Part shown: positions 54,162 to 64,000 of the stretch, one piece after another
How positions within the stretch are numbered: the first letter of the stretch is position 1
How the letters are laid out: every line of letters starts with the position of its first letter
From: Sedimentisphaerales bacterium
GTDB taxonomy: Bacteria > Planctomycetota > Phycisphaerae > Sedimentisphaerales > Anaerobacaceae
Assembly: GCA_963708075.1 (NCBI GenBank)
Contig: OY970194.1
Span: forward strand, 6,784,001 to 6,848,000
Length of the DNA stretch: 64,000 nucleotides
Direction of reading: 5' to 3'
Notes under the pieces: model-generated
Databases searched by the model: none
The model's input: only the letters and a program-made list of their open reading frames with translations
Told to the model about the DNA's origin: nothing
Made by a program: the position numbers and the translations under genes

Positions 54162-56641
54162 TGGATGGAAAGAGAATTGCCGCCGTACTGATTATCGTCG
54201 TCGGATCGTTGTGCTTCCTGAACGGTCCTGCGGCCCAGACGAGAGCCGCTGAGGCGGGGTTCGACTATCGCAAGCTGGTCTCGCGGGCGGATCTTCATTA
54301 CGACAAGCCGGTGAGTCGAAGCGAAGAGGGGATACCCGTCGGGAACGGTCGTATGGGCAGTCTCGTGTGGACCACGCCGGAGGCGATCAGGTTGCAGATC
54401 AATCGCGTCGATGTGTTCGCCAACGATTCTTACACCACGAGTTTTCCCGCGAGAAACAGCGACTACTGCGGCGGATGCGGATTTGTAGATATCACCTTCG
54501 GAGGGGAGATATTCACAGACGGAAAGATGTCACAGCACCTTTTCTGTTATGACGGTCTGGCTGACGTTCGAGGGGACGGGGTTACGGCCAACGTGCTGGC
54601 GTGGAACGAGCAGGATGTGATGGCCTTCGAGGTCGGCGATACCCGAAAGCAGCCCGCCGCGATAACCGCAACATTGAGGATGCTCAGGGCGCCCGCAGTG
54701 AAGACCGCTGCGCATACGGCCGTCTCGAAAATCGAAGGTCGCGACGGAAGGATCATATTGACCCAGAAGTTCACGGAGGCGGACTATTACTGCGGCTCGG
54801 TCGTGGCGGTCGGTATCGTCGGACGCAAAGCTGATGCGCGTACAGCCAATGAGAGTGAGATTCAGTTGGTTGCCGAGGCGGGAAACGGGTCTTTCACCAT
54901 CCTGATAGCCAGTGCGGCGAGTTTTGATCCAACGGAAGACATCGTTGCGGCGGCGCTCAGGCAACTTGCGGCTGCGGAAGAGAAAGGCTATGTGGGGCTG
55001 GCGGAGTCGAACAAACGCTGGTGGCGCGATTTCTGGTCCAGGGGGTACGTCCGCCTGCACAGCGAAGACGGAATCGCGGACACCATCGAACAGAACTACA
55101 CCTATTATCTCTACGTCATGGCGTCCAGTTCTCGCGGCAAGTTCCCGGCGAAGTTCAACGGGATGATTTGGATTACCGGCGGCGACAAGCGCTCGTGGGG
55201 CGGGCACTACTGGGGGGCGAACCAGGAGTGCATGTACAACGCGCTGCTCCCGGCGAATCGGATGGAACTGCTGGACCCGATGTTCGACATGTACAGCGGC
55301 ATGTATGATTCCTGCTCCGTGGCAGCCCGGCAGCAATGGGGCAGCAAGGGCATTTACATCCCTGAGACGGTGGCCTTTGACGGGCTGGCGAAACTGTCCG
55401 ACGACATCGCGGCGGAAATGAGAGACCTGTATCTGCTGAAGAAGCCCTGGGACCAGAGGAGCGAGCGATTCCTCGCGGCAGCGCGGACCGGCCAGCCCCA
55501 TTCGAGCCGATGGAACTGGATGAGCGGCGGCAAATACGTGGACGGCGTGTGGCAGCCGACCGAACGCGGCGGGGGACCTTACGGGCCCGTGACGCACATA
55601 TTCTCGCGCGGCGCAAAGATCGCATATACATACTGGCAGCGGTACGAATACACGCTGGACAAGACCTGGCTGCGTGACAGGGCCTACCCCATGCTCAAGG
55701 GCGTGGCGGAATTCTATCGCAACTACCCGAACATCACAAAGGACGAGGACGGCAAATACCACATCCACCACGTTAACAGCAACGAGTCCGTCCAGGGCGG
55801 ACGCGATCCGGATGAAGAAATCTCCTCGATCATGGGCATACTGCCGGCGGTCATCAAGGCCTCGGAGATCCTTGGCGTGGACGCCGAGATGAGGCCGGTA
55901 TGGAGAGAGTTTCTGGGCAATCTGGCGCCGCTTGCGACCGGGGGCGACCCGCCTGTCTGGATACGTGCCTTGCCGCCCATCTTTCGCGGCAGCGGCGGCG
56001 GCCGGCCCGACGGCAATACGATGCCGATGTGGTTCTTCGATTTGTGCACGCTCGAAAACGACGATCCCGAGACTATGAAAATTGCCAACGCGACGATGGA
56101 TGGTTACCTGCGCGGTTCGAACACCCGGCCGGGCGTGCTGTCCAAAGTGCCCGTCACGGCGGCGATGATGGGCCGGGCCGATGCCGTGCGCTATCTGCTG
56201 CCCAACCAATTGTCCTTCCCGGACCGCGCGCCGATTCTGGCCAATCGCCTGGACCAGCGCGAGGGCACACAAACAACCAACGCCCAGCGACTCGGCCGGG
56301 TCGCTGACACGCTGCACAACGCGCTGATTCAGAGCGTAGCCGCAGGGCCTGCAAAGGAGCCGGTCATTCGCGTCTTCCCCGCCTGGCCCAGGGAGTGGGA
56401 CGCTGAATTCTCCCTGTTGGCTCGCGGGGCATTCCTGGTCAGCTCTTCCATGAAGGCCGGGAAGGTTGAGTTTGTCCGGATCGAGTCCCAGGCCGGCGGC
56501 GGGTGTCGCCTGCGTAATCCCTGGCCGGGCGTGACGGTCACGTTTGAGCGCAACGGCAACAAAGCACAAAACCTGTCCGACGATCTGTTGAAGTTCTCGA
56601 CGACCAAGGGAGAGGTTATTATGATTCGTCCATCGAGATAA
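54158..56641 (+). CDS. GH95-like (alpha/alpha)6 glycoside hydrolase, secreted
   Basis: PVGNGRMG, WW.DFW, YY.Y.M.SSSRG..P.KFNG, IRVFPAWP..WDA.F.L.A.GAF.VSS. Confidence 0.78.
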   Translation: MMDGKRIAAVLIIVVGSLCFLNGPAAQTRAAEAGFDYRKLVSRADLHYDKPVSRSEEGIPVGNGRMGSLVWTTPEAIRLQINRVDVFANDSYTTSFPARNSDYCGGCGFVDITFGGEIFTDGKMSQHLFCYDGLADVRGDGVTANVLAWNEQDVMAFEVGDTRKQPAAITATLRMLRAPAVKTAAHTAVSKIEGRDGRIILTQKFTEADYYCGSVVAVGIVGRKADARTANESEIQLVAEAGNGSFTILIASAASFDPTEDIVAAALRQLAAAEEKGYVGLAESNKRWWRDFWSRGYVRLHSEDGIADTIEQNYTYYLYVMASSSRGKFPAKFNGMIWITGGDKRSWGGHYWGANQECMYNALLPANRMELLDPMFDMYSGMYDSCSVAARQQWGSKGIYIPETVAFDGLAKLSDDIAAEMRDLYLLKKPWDQRSERFLAAARTGQPHSSRWNWMSGGKYVDGVWQPTERGGGPYGPVTHIFSRGAKIAYTYWQRYEYTLDKTWLRDRAYPMLKGVAEFYRNYPNITKDEDGKYHIHHVNSNESVQGGRDPDEEISSIMGILPAVIKASEILGVDAEMRPVWREFLGNLAPLATGGDPPVWIRALPPIFRGSGGGRPDGNTMPMWFFDLCTLENDDPETMKIANATMDGYLRGSNTRPGVLSKVPVTAAMMGRADAVRYLLPNQLSFPDRAPILANRLDQREGTQTTNAQRLGRVADTLHNALIQSVAAGPAKEPVIRVFPAWPREWDAEFSLLARGAFLVSSSMKAGKVEFVRIESQAGGGCRLRNPWPGVTVTFERNGNKAQNLSDDLLKFSTTKGEVIMIRPSR

Positions 56642-56646
56642 TCTTC

Positions 56647-58446
56647 ATGAATAGAACGATCTTTGCCACTCTGATGCTGGGCTTGTTTTCCGTCTCGTCG
56701 ATCCCTGCTGCCGAACTGGAGACGATTGCCGAAAGCGTCGAGCAGCACGATGCCCGCTTGGAATGGTGGCGTGAAGCGCGGTTCGGCATGTTCGTGCATT
56801 GGGGCGTCTACTCTCATCTCGGAGGCGTCTGGCAGGGCAAGCCGGTGCATGGCTACGCCGAGCATATTCAGCGAATGCTCAAGATCCCGATCCCTGTCTA
56901 TCGCGAGCAGGTTGCGGGCAAGTTCAATCCTACCGAGTTCGATGCCGGCGAGTGGATTCGCACGGCGAAAGAGGCGGGGATGGGATACTTCATCATCACC
57001 GCCAAGCACCACGATGGCTTCGCGATGTATGACTCGAAAGTCAGCGAATACAACATCGTCAAGGCCACGCCGTTCGCGCGTGACCCGATGAAGGAACTGC
57101 GGGCTGCCTGCCGCAAGTACGGTGTCAAGTTCGGGTTCTATTACTCGCATGCCTTCGATTGGGGTGACCCGAACGGGCCGGGCAACGATTGGGAATACGA
57201 CAATCCGGGCGGCGACCGCAACCTGCACGGCGGGCGCAACTGGTGGGACGCCAGCCCACACCTGATCCCGAAGATGCGCACCTACGTGGACGGCAAGTCC
57301 ATTCCACAGATCCTGGAGTTGATCAAGAACTATGATCCTGACATTCTCTGGTTCGACACACCGCACAAGCTGCCCGATGCGGAGAACCTGCGGATCTTCA
57401 AGACGGTTCGTGCGGCCGCACCACGAGTGGTCATCAACGGCCGTCTCGTGCGAGGCATGGGCGACTATACGTCGAGCACGGATCGTCCGGCGGAGTTCTA
57501 TCCTATCCAGGGCGATTGGGAAGGCATCCCGACCACCAATGAATCCTACGGCTGGCACCAGAACGATCTTTCGCACAAGCCGGCATCGCATTTCATCCAA
57601 CTGCTCGCCAAGGCGGCGGCCCGTGGCGGCAACATCCTGATGAACATCGGTCCCATGGGCAACGGCCGGTTCGACCCGAAGGACACAGCGATCCTCCAGG
57701 GAATCGGGGTGTGGTGGAAGGTCAACGGCGAGTCGATCCGAGGCACCACGCGGACGCCGCTGCCCGTGCAAGCCTGGGGCGAATCCACCCGCAAAGGCAA
57801 CACGCTCTATCTGCATGTCTTTCATTGGCCTCGCGACGGCGAACTTGTCGTGGGCGGTCTGAAATCCGACGTGAAGAAGGCGTGGTTATTGGCCGATGTG
57901 GACCACACGCCGCTGAAGGTAAGCCGACTGAACCCGCTTGATGTGTCGATCGAAGTGCCTGCCACTGCGCCGGATGCGGCAGATTCCGTGGTCGCAGTGG
58001 AATGCGACGGAGACATCGCGGTTGACTCAACCCGGCTGTTGTCCACGACCGTCGCGGCTGACACGCTGCGCGTGTTCGACGGGCAATTGCACGGCCGTCT
58101 CCGTTTCGGCCCGGGCAAGAAGACCGATGCCTATGTGCAGAACTGGTCGAGTCCCGAGGATTTCATCCATTGGCTGGTGCGGCTCAACGAGCCCGCCACC
58201 TTCGATGTCGTCATTGTGTATGATGCTCCGCCCAAGTCCGAGGGCGGCGCCTTCGGCGTGAAGGTCGGCGAGCACGATCTCCGCGGGACAGTCGGGCAGG
58301 GAGTGGAACAGACCGCCCCGCTGGGAAAAGTGACTCTGGCCCGTGGAGTGTCCGAAATCCGTGTGTACCCACGAGAAATCAAGGGGGATGAGCTGCTGCG
58401 ACTTCGGCGGCTCGTGCTCACGCCCGCCGCCGGCGCGGCGAATTGA
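56647..58446 (+). CDS. GH29 alpha-L-fucosidase
   Basis: WWREARFGMFVHWG, TAKHHDGF, LWFD, GGNILMNIGP. Confidence 0.93.
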   Translation: MNRTIFATLMLGLFSVSSIPAAELETIAESVEQHDARLEWWREARFGMFVHWGVYSHLGGVWQGKPVHGYAEHIQRMLKIPIPVYREQVAGKFNPTEFDAGEWIRTAKEAGMGYFIITAKHHDGFAMYDSKVSEYNIVKATPFARDPMKELRAACRKYGVKFGFYYSHAFDWGDPNGPGNDWEYDNPGGDRNLHGGRNWWDASPHLIPKMRTYVDGKSIPQILELIKNYDPDILWFDTPHKLPDAENLRIFKTVRAAAPRVVINGRLVRGMGDYTSSTDRPAEFYPIQGDWEGIPTTNESYGWHQNDLSHKPASHFIQLLAKAAARGGNILMNIGPMGNGRFDPKDTAILQGIGVWWKVNGESIRGTTRTPLPVQAWGESTRKGNTLYLHVFHWPRDGELVVGGLKSDVKKAWLLADVDHTPLKVSRLNPLDVSIEVPATAPDAADSVVAVECDGDIAVDSTRLLSTTVAADTLRVFDGQLHGRLRFGPGKKTDAYVQNWSSPEDFIHWLVRLNEPATFDVVIVYDAPPKSEGGAFGVKVGEHDLRGTVGQGVEQTAPLGKVTLARGVSEIRVYPREIKGDELLRLRRLVLTPAAGAAN

Positions 58447-58463
58447 CTGGAAAGGAAACCCTG

Positions 58464-60947
58464 ATGAAGAAGTCGAGTGTTGCATACATTGTGCCCATGA
58501 CGGTAGTTCTTTTGTTGTGGGTGCCCCGCGGCGGCGCCGGCTTGCTGAACGTGGATTACGAGGCGCTTGTCTCGCGGGCGGACCTGGACTACAACGAGCC
58601 TGCGCGCCGGAGCGAGGAGGGAATGCCCGTCGGCAACGGGCGCATGGGCAGCCTGGTCTGGACCTCGCCGACACAGCTCAAGTTCCAGATCAATCGGGTG
58701 GACGTGTTCGCCGCCGACGGCCGGACCGTCAGCTTTCCGGAGGCGGATTCCGATTTTGCCGGCGGTTGCGGCTATGTGGACATCAGTCTGGTCTCGGCCG
58801 GGGAGGACGTGTTTGCCGGTGAGGCGTTCAGACAGCACCTGTCATTATATGATGCGGTTATGACAGCCCGGGGCCGGGGCGTCACGGCACGGGTGCTGGC
58901 TTGGCCCCATCGCGACGTGATGGCCGTCGAAATCGACGATCAGCGAGAGGCGCCGGAGCCGATCAATGTCGATCTTCGCATGCTGCGCTACCAGGTGAAG
59001 CGCGTCACCGGACGCAACTATGAATTGGTGCAACAGCACGCGGTGGAGTTCCAGACAGCTCAACACCGGGCGACCTCCATTCTGGGCATTCGCGACGGCA
59101 GGATCACGTTGACCCAGAAATACCAGGAGGCGTTTAAGGATGCGCCGCCCTTTTATGACGCCTCGGCTGTGGCCATTGGGGTGATCGGGCGAGCGTCCCG
59201 GGCACGCTATCTCAACGATGCGACCGTGCAGTTATCGGCGGCACCAGGCCGGGGCAAGTTCACAGTCCTGATTGCCAGTGCCGCGAGTTTTGATCCGCAA
59301 GCCGATGTGGCCGGCCTGGCGATCACGGAGCTGGAGGCGGCTGTGCCCAAGGGATTTGCCGGACTGCGACAGGAGACGACTGATTGGTGGCGGGACTTTT
59401 GGGCCAAAGGATTCGTGTACATGCACAGCGATTCCCGCCAAGCCGATTTTGTGGAATCCCACTACACCTATTTCCTCTATCTGATGGGCGCCACGTCGCG
59501 CGGGGACTATCCCCCTCACTTCAACGGGATGCTGTGGCGAACCACCGGGGACATGAGCCGGTGGGGATCGCAATACTGGTCGGCCAACACCTTCGCCTAT
59601 TACAGCAATCTGATGCCGGCGAACCGCATCGAATTGATGGAACCGCTGTTCTCGATGTACTTCAAGATGAAGGATGCTTGCGCACGGGCGGCGCAGCAAC
59701 AGTGGGGCTCGCAGGGGATCTGGGTACCGGAGATCTGCTGGTTCAATGGCCCGGAGCCCCTGCCGGAGAATCTGATTCAGGAGTTCCAGGACCTGTTTCT
59801 GGTGCGAAAGCCGTATGAAGCACGCTCCAAGGAGTTCCAGTGGTATGTCGAGACCAAGAACCGCCATGCCTCCCGCTGGAACTTTCAGGCGGACGGCTCC
59901 TGGGATCATGGGCACTTCGTGGTGCCGACCAAGGCTTCGGTACAGCCGGATCGGTTCGGGTCGCCGGAGATCAACGGCATCTTCGGCCACTGCACCCACA
60001 TCATGTCCGTTGCCTCCCGGATCGGCAACACGTTCTATCAGCGTTACCAGTTCACCGGCGACAAAGACTTCCTGCGCTGGAAGGCCTACCCGATCATCAA
60101 AGGCGCCGCCGAATTCTACCGCACCTTCCCCAATTTCCAGAAGGGCCCCGACGGCAAGTACCACATCCATCACGTGAATAGCGGCGAAAGCGCCTGGAAC
60201 TCATCCGACACGGGCAATGAAATGAGCGCCATGCGGATGATCTTCCCGCTGGCGATTCACGTCTCCCAGATTCTGGACGTGGATGCGGACATGCGGCCGG
60301 TCTGGCAAGAGATCATCGACAACCTTCCCGGTTCCGAGAGACGCGACAATCGCGGGTCCAGCAACCGTCGCCCACGTGCCTACGGCTCATTTGTCTATGG
60401 CGGTCCCGGGGCCATCGAGCCGATCGGACCCGAGCCGGAGTTGAAGGCCCGTTTCCTGGGCTTTAACGGGCTGGGCAGCTTCATCGACAGCAAGGGCACC
60501 GGCGGGGCGCAAATCTTCCGCAACCGGATGCGGCTGCGCGAAGGACCCGGCGCCATCGATGCTGAGCACATCGGTGGTCTGGCCATGGGCATCCATCAGA
60601 CAATGCTGGACAGTTCTCCGTCGTCGATCACCAACGACGAGCCGATCCGGATCTTCAGTGACTGGCCGAAGGATTGGGACGCCGCCTTCAGCCTCCTGGC
60701 TCGCGGCGGATTCGTGATCAGCTCGGCGTATCAAGGCGGCAAGGTCCCGCTGGTGGAGATCCAATCTCAGCTTGGCGGCCAGTGCCTGCTGGCCAATCCC
60801 TGGGGCACGGGCGGCGTGACGCTCCACCGCAACGGCAAAAAAGCCGAAGACCTCGCGGGCGAGACACTCACGTTCCCAACCCGGAAGGGTGAGACAATCG
60901 TGGTAGTGCCTGAGGGCACGAAGCCGGCACTTGTGAAGGTGCTGTAG
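58464..60947 (+). CDS. GH95-like glycoside hydrolase, paralogue of 54158-56641
   Basis: Shares DY..LVSRADL.Y..P..RSEEG.PVGNGRMGSLVWT and the C-terminal motifs with the 54158 gene. Confidence 0.78.
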   Translation: MKKSSVAYIVPMTVVLLLWVPRGGAGLLNVDYEALVSRADLDYNEPARRSEEGMPVGNGRMGSLVWTSPTQLKFQINRVDVFAADGRTVSFPEADSDFAGGCGYVDISLVSAGEDVFAGEAFRQHLSLYDAVMTARGRGVTARVLAWPHRDVMAVEIDDQREAPEPINVDLRMLRYQVKRVTGRNYELVQQHAVEFQTAQHRATSILGIRDGRITLTQKYQEAFKDAPPFYDASAVAIGVIGRASRARYLNDATVQLSAAPGRGKFTVLIASAASFDPQADVAGLAITELEAAVPKGFAGLRQETTDWWRDFWAKGFVYMHSDSRQADFVESHYTYFLYLMGATSRGDYPPHFNGMLWRTTGDMSRWGSQYWSANTFAYYSNLMPANRIELMEPLFSMYFKMKDACARAAQQQWGSQGIWVPEICWFNGPEPLPENLIQEFQDLFLVRKPYEARSKEFQWYVETKNRHASRWNFQADGSWDHGHFVVPTKASVQPDRFGSPEINGIFGHCTHIMSVASRIGNTFYQRYQFTGDKDFLRWKAYPIIKGAAEFYRTFPNFQKGPDGKYHIHHVNSGESAWNSSDTGNEMSAMRMIFPLAIHVSQILDVDADMRPVWQEIIDNLPGSERRDNRGSSNRRPRAYGSFVYGGPGAIEPIGPEPELKARFLGFNGLGSFIDSKGTGGAQIFRNRMRLREGPGAIDAEHIGGLAMGIHQTMLDSSPSSITNDEPIRIFSDWPKDWDAAFSLLARGGFVISSAYQGGKVPLVEIQSQLGGQCLLANPWGTGGVTLHRNGKKAEDLAGETLTFPTRKGETIVVVPEGTKPALVKVL

Positions 60948-60984
60948 AATCATATGAATGAAGATGCTAAAGGAGGCCAACGCA

Positions 60985-62961
60985 ATGCGAGTAGAACGTG
61001 CAAGGTATGCAATCACTCTCCTCACAGTTGCCCTGTGTCTAACGGGTCTGAGCTTTGCCCAGGAACGCAGTCGCGGGCAGGGACAGCCAAGGTCCAGACG
61101 CACACAACGGGTGGTGCCGATGAAGGAGGTCCAGGTCGCCAGCCCGGATGGCAAGGTCAAGTTCACCCTTGGTTCAAATCCGGAGCGGCTGACTTATACG
61201 GTCACGCTCGATGACACCAGGGTGATTGAGCCGTCGTCGCTCGACATGAGAGTGGACGGTCATGATCTTTCGTCGGGAGTCATCTTCAACAGCTTGGAAC
61301 AGTACAGCATTGACGAGACCTACCCCTGGCACGGCGTTCACAGCACGGCGGTCAACCGGTGTAACGGCGCCAAGGTGTCGCTCACGCACGACCTGAGCCA
61401 GATGGCCTACGTTCTGGAGGTGCGGGCGTTCAACGACGGCGTTGCTTACCGGCACGTCATTGCGGGTGACGCCAACGCCGTCCGCGTGCCCAACGAGTAC
61501 TCCCAGTTCATTCTCCCGGCCGCCAGCACGGTCTGGTATCACGATCTGGATGGGCATTACGAGGCGGAATATGAACAGAAGGATATCTCTGAGGTGAAGG
61601 CGGGGCAGTGGGCGGGACCGCCGCTGACGTTCCAGTTACCGGGCAATGCCGGCTACGGCTCGATCACGGAGGCCTATCAGGTGAACTATGCCGGCATGGC
61701 GCTGGAATGTGACGGCCGGCACGGCTGGATTGTGGGCCTCGGCCACCGCCATCCGCTCAACTATCCCTTCGAGCTCCGCTACGGCCGCGAGAACGGCAAG
61801 CGCCTTGCCGTCCCGGCGTCCGTCACCGGCACGATCACCACGCCCTGGCGCGTCGTGCTCGTGGCGCGCGACCTCAACGCACTGGTCAACAGCGACATCC
61901 TGCCGAACCTGTGCCCGCCGCACGACCCGAAGTTGTTCCCGCAGGGGATGAAGACGCCCTGGGTCGAGCCGGGCCTGTGCGTGTGGAACTACGTGGACCG
62001 TAATTACGTGGAAGGTGGCGGCAGCAACTCATTCGAGAACATGAAGAAGTTCTCGCAGATGGGCGGCCAGATCGGCGCCAAGTACCACATTCTGGAGGGC
62101 TTCGCGTACGGCTGGCCCGACGACCAGATCAAGGAGTTTGTCGAGTACTCCAGGCAGCAAGGCGTTCGCGTGCTGTTCTGGAGGCACAGCAAAGACCTGC
62201 GCACGCCCGAGGCACAGGATGCTTTCTTCCAGCGGTTGCAGGATCTCGGCGTGGCCGGCGCCAAGATCGACTTCTTCGACCATGAGGCCAAGGAACTCGT
62301 CGATCTCTACGAGACGCTCATCAAGAAAGCCGCCCAGCACCAACTGGTGATCGATTTCCACGGGGCCAACAAGCCCTCCGGCATGCTGCGGACGTACCCC
62401 AACGAGATGATTCGCGAGGGCGTCCGCGGGATGGAATCGAGCGGATTGAAGCAGCGGGCGCGGCACGAGACGATCCTGCCCTTCGCTCGCTACCTGGCCG
62501 GGCCGGCCGACTACACGACGATGATCTTCACCGAGCGACGGCGGGATTCGTCCTGGGCGCACCAGATCGCCTGCCTGGCGACATTCCAGAGCCCGATGCT
62601 CACGATCGCGGCTCATCCGCAGAGCATACTGGACAACCCGGCGGTGGACGTGATCAAGAGCATCAAGGCCGTGTGGGACGAGACGATCGTGCTGCCGGAG
62701 TCGAAGATCGGCGATCTGTCGATCTTCGCGCGGCGCAGCGGCGACATGTGGGTGCTCGCCGTCATGAGCGCGGGCCCGGCCCGGACAATCCAGGTGCCGC
62801 TATCGTTTTTAGGCGACGGCCCGTACAAGGCGTCCCTCGTCCGCGACAACAAGGAGAATTCGGGCGCGGTGGTCCTTGACAACCAGACCCTTCGGCGAAA
62901 CGATACGCTCACCATCGAGATGATCAGTGGCGGCGGCTTCGTCGGCCGCTTCACGAAGTAG
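60985..62961 (+). CDS. GH97 glycoside hydrolase
   Basis: SPDG, RAFNDGVAYR, TPWRV, G.KIDF, FHGA.KPSG..RTYPN....EGVRG.E, GPADYT, WDET; AGGAGG RBS. Confidence 0.93.
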   Translation: MRVERARYAITLLTVALCLTGLSFAQERSRGQGQPRSRRTQRVVPMKEVQVASPDGKVKFTLGSNPERLTYTVTLDDTRVIEPSSLDMRVDGHDLSSGVIFNSLEQYSIDETYPWHGVHSTAVNRCNGAKVSLTHDLSQMAYVLEVRAFNDGVAYRHVIAGDANAVRVPNEYSQFILPAASTVWYHDLDGHYEAEYEQKDISEVKAGQWAGPPLTFQLPGNAGYGSITEAYQVNYAGMALECDGRHGWIVGLGHRHPLNYPFELRYGRENGKRLAVPASVTGTITTPWRVVLVARDLNALVNSDILPNLCPPHDPKLFPQGMKTPWVEPGLCVWNYVDRNYVEGGGSNSFENMKKFSQMGGQIGAKYHILEGFAYGWPDDQIKEFVEYSRQQGVRVLFWRHSKDLRTPEAQDAFFQRLQDLGVAGAKIDFFDHEAKELVDLYETLIKKAAQHQLVIDFHGANKPSGMLRTYPNEMIREGVRGMESSGLKQRARHETILPFARYLAGPADYTTMIFTERRRDSSWAHQIACLATFQSPMLTIAAHPQSILDNPAVDVIKSIKAVWDETIVLPESKIGDLSIFARRSGDMWVLAVMSAGPARTIQVPLSFLGDGPYKASLVRDNKENSGAVVLDNQTLRRNDTLTIEMISGGGFVGRFTK

Positions 62962-62993
62962 TCATCGTCATTCGGTTGAATAGGAGATCGACT

Positions 62994-64000
62994 ATGACAG
63001 GTATCAAAACGTGGCGGACTTCATGCCTGCTTTGCGTTGTCGCGGCGATAGTCACTGTGGGCGTCATGCCTCGCCCCGCGCGGGCTGCCGGCGCGATGTC
63101 ACAAGACGAGAAGATGAAGTGGTTCCGCGAGGCAAAATTCGGCCTGTTCATCCATTGGGGACTGTACGCCGTGCCCGCCGGGACGTGGAAGGGACAGCAA
63201 ATCCCGGGCATCGGCGAGTGGATTATGAACCGGGCGAAAATCCCGGTGAAGGAGTATGAGCAACTGGCCGGCCAGTTCAACCCGGTGAAGTTCAATGCCG
63301 AGGAATGGGTGCAACTCGCCGAGGATGCGGGGATGAAGTACATCGTCATCACCAGCAAGCACCACGACGGCTTTGCCATGTATGGCTCGAAGGTCACCAG
63401 GTACAACATCGTGGACGCCACGCCGTTCAAACGCGACCCGCTGAAGGAATTGGCGGCAGCCTGCGCCAAGCATAACATCCGCTTCGGATTCTACTACTCC
63501 CAGGCACAGGACTGGCATGAGCCCGGCGGCGCGGGCAACACGTGGGACTTCCCGCCGGATGCTGAAAAGGACAAGAGCGGCGCTTACGATCAGTACCTGC
63601 GTGACAAGGCCGAGCCGCAGGTGAAAGAGTTGTTGACAGGCTACGGCCCCGTCTGCCTGATCTGGTTCGACACGCCCCGCATGATGACCGCAGAGCGAGG
63701 TCAGCGATTCGTCGATATCGTTCACACGCTGCAGCCCGCCTGCCTGATCGACGGGCGGCTCGGCTCGGCCGGTGACTACCGTTCCATGGGCGACAACCGC
63801 ATCCCCAATGAAGTAGTGCGCGAGGACTGGGAAGTGCCCGCGACGCTCAACAACACCTGGGGCTACAAGAGCTACGACAACAACTGGAAGACGCCCGAGG
63901 ACCTGACGTTCAAGCTGGTGGACATCGTCAGCAAGGGCGGCAACTACCTCCTGAACGTCGGCCCAACCGCCGAGGGCGTGATTCCGCAGCCCAGCCAGGA
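62994..64000 (+). CDS. GH29 alpha-L-fucosidase (partial, runs off the window end)
   Basis: Hand translation MTGIKTW...KMKWFREAKFGLFIHWG, TSKHHDGF, IWFDTP, KGGNYLLNVGP; AGGAG RBS. Confidence 0.92.
   Translation, partial: MTGIKTWRTSCLLCVVAAIVTVGVMPRPARAAGAMSQDEKMKWFREAKFGLFIHWGLYAVPAGTWKGQQIPGIGEWIMNRAKIPVKEYEQLAGQFNPVKFNAEEWVQLAEDAGMKYIVITSKHHDGFAMYGSKVTRYNIVDATPFKRDPLKELAAACAKHNIRFGFYYSQAQDWHEPGGAGNTWDFPPDAEKDKSGAYDQYLRDKAEPQVKELLTGYGPVCLIWFDTPRMMTAERGQRFVDIVHTLQPACLIDGRLGSAGDYRSMGDNRIPNEVVREDWEVPATLNNTWGYKSYDNNWKTPEDLTFKLVDIVSKGGNYLLNVGPTAEGVIPQPSQ

Overview
GC-rich bacterial DNA whose gene content points to Planctomycetota, probably Phycisphaerae/Sedimentisphaerales (inferred from the H-X9-DG prepilin-like gene, the ECF sigma/FecR pair and the giant secreted LamG/discoidin proteins). 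It holds two glycan-utilisation regions without SusC/SusD or any TonB receptor. Region 1 (1-33 kb) has a sulfatase, a GH127-type arabinofuranosidase, four large secreted lectin-like proteins headed by a prepilin-like gene, and an L-arabinose operon (galM, Na+ symporter, araB, araD, FucI-family isomerase, XylR-like regulator). Region 2 (43.7-64 kb) has an ECF sigma, a FecR anti-sigma and two paralogous lectin-like proteins, divergent from a GH129-like/GH95-like/GH29/GH97 operon. Between them lie an ebo cluster lacking eboA, an S8 protease with a changed catalytic Asp and tRNA-Thr(TGT). The main observation is a shared 28-bp direct-repeat site 29-30 nt upstream of a -10 hexamer. It occurs in front of the GH127 gene, the prepilin/lectin cluster and the ara operon, which ties the pilin-like and lectin proteins to an arabinose regulon (a candidate planctomycete glycan capture/uptake system). 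Four single-base frameshifts in short homopolymers look like sequencing errors. All family calls come from motif recognition only; no database search was run.
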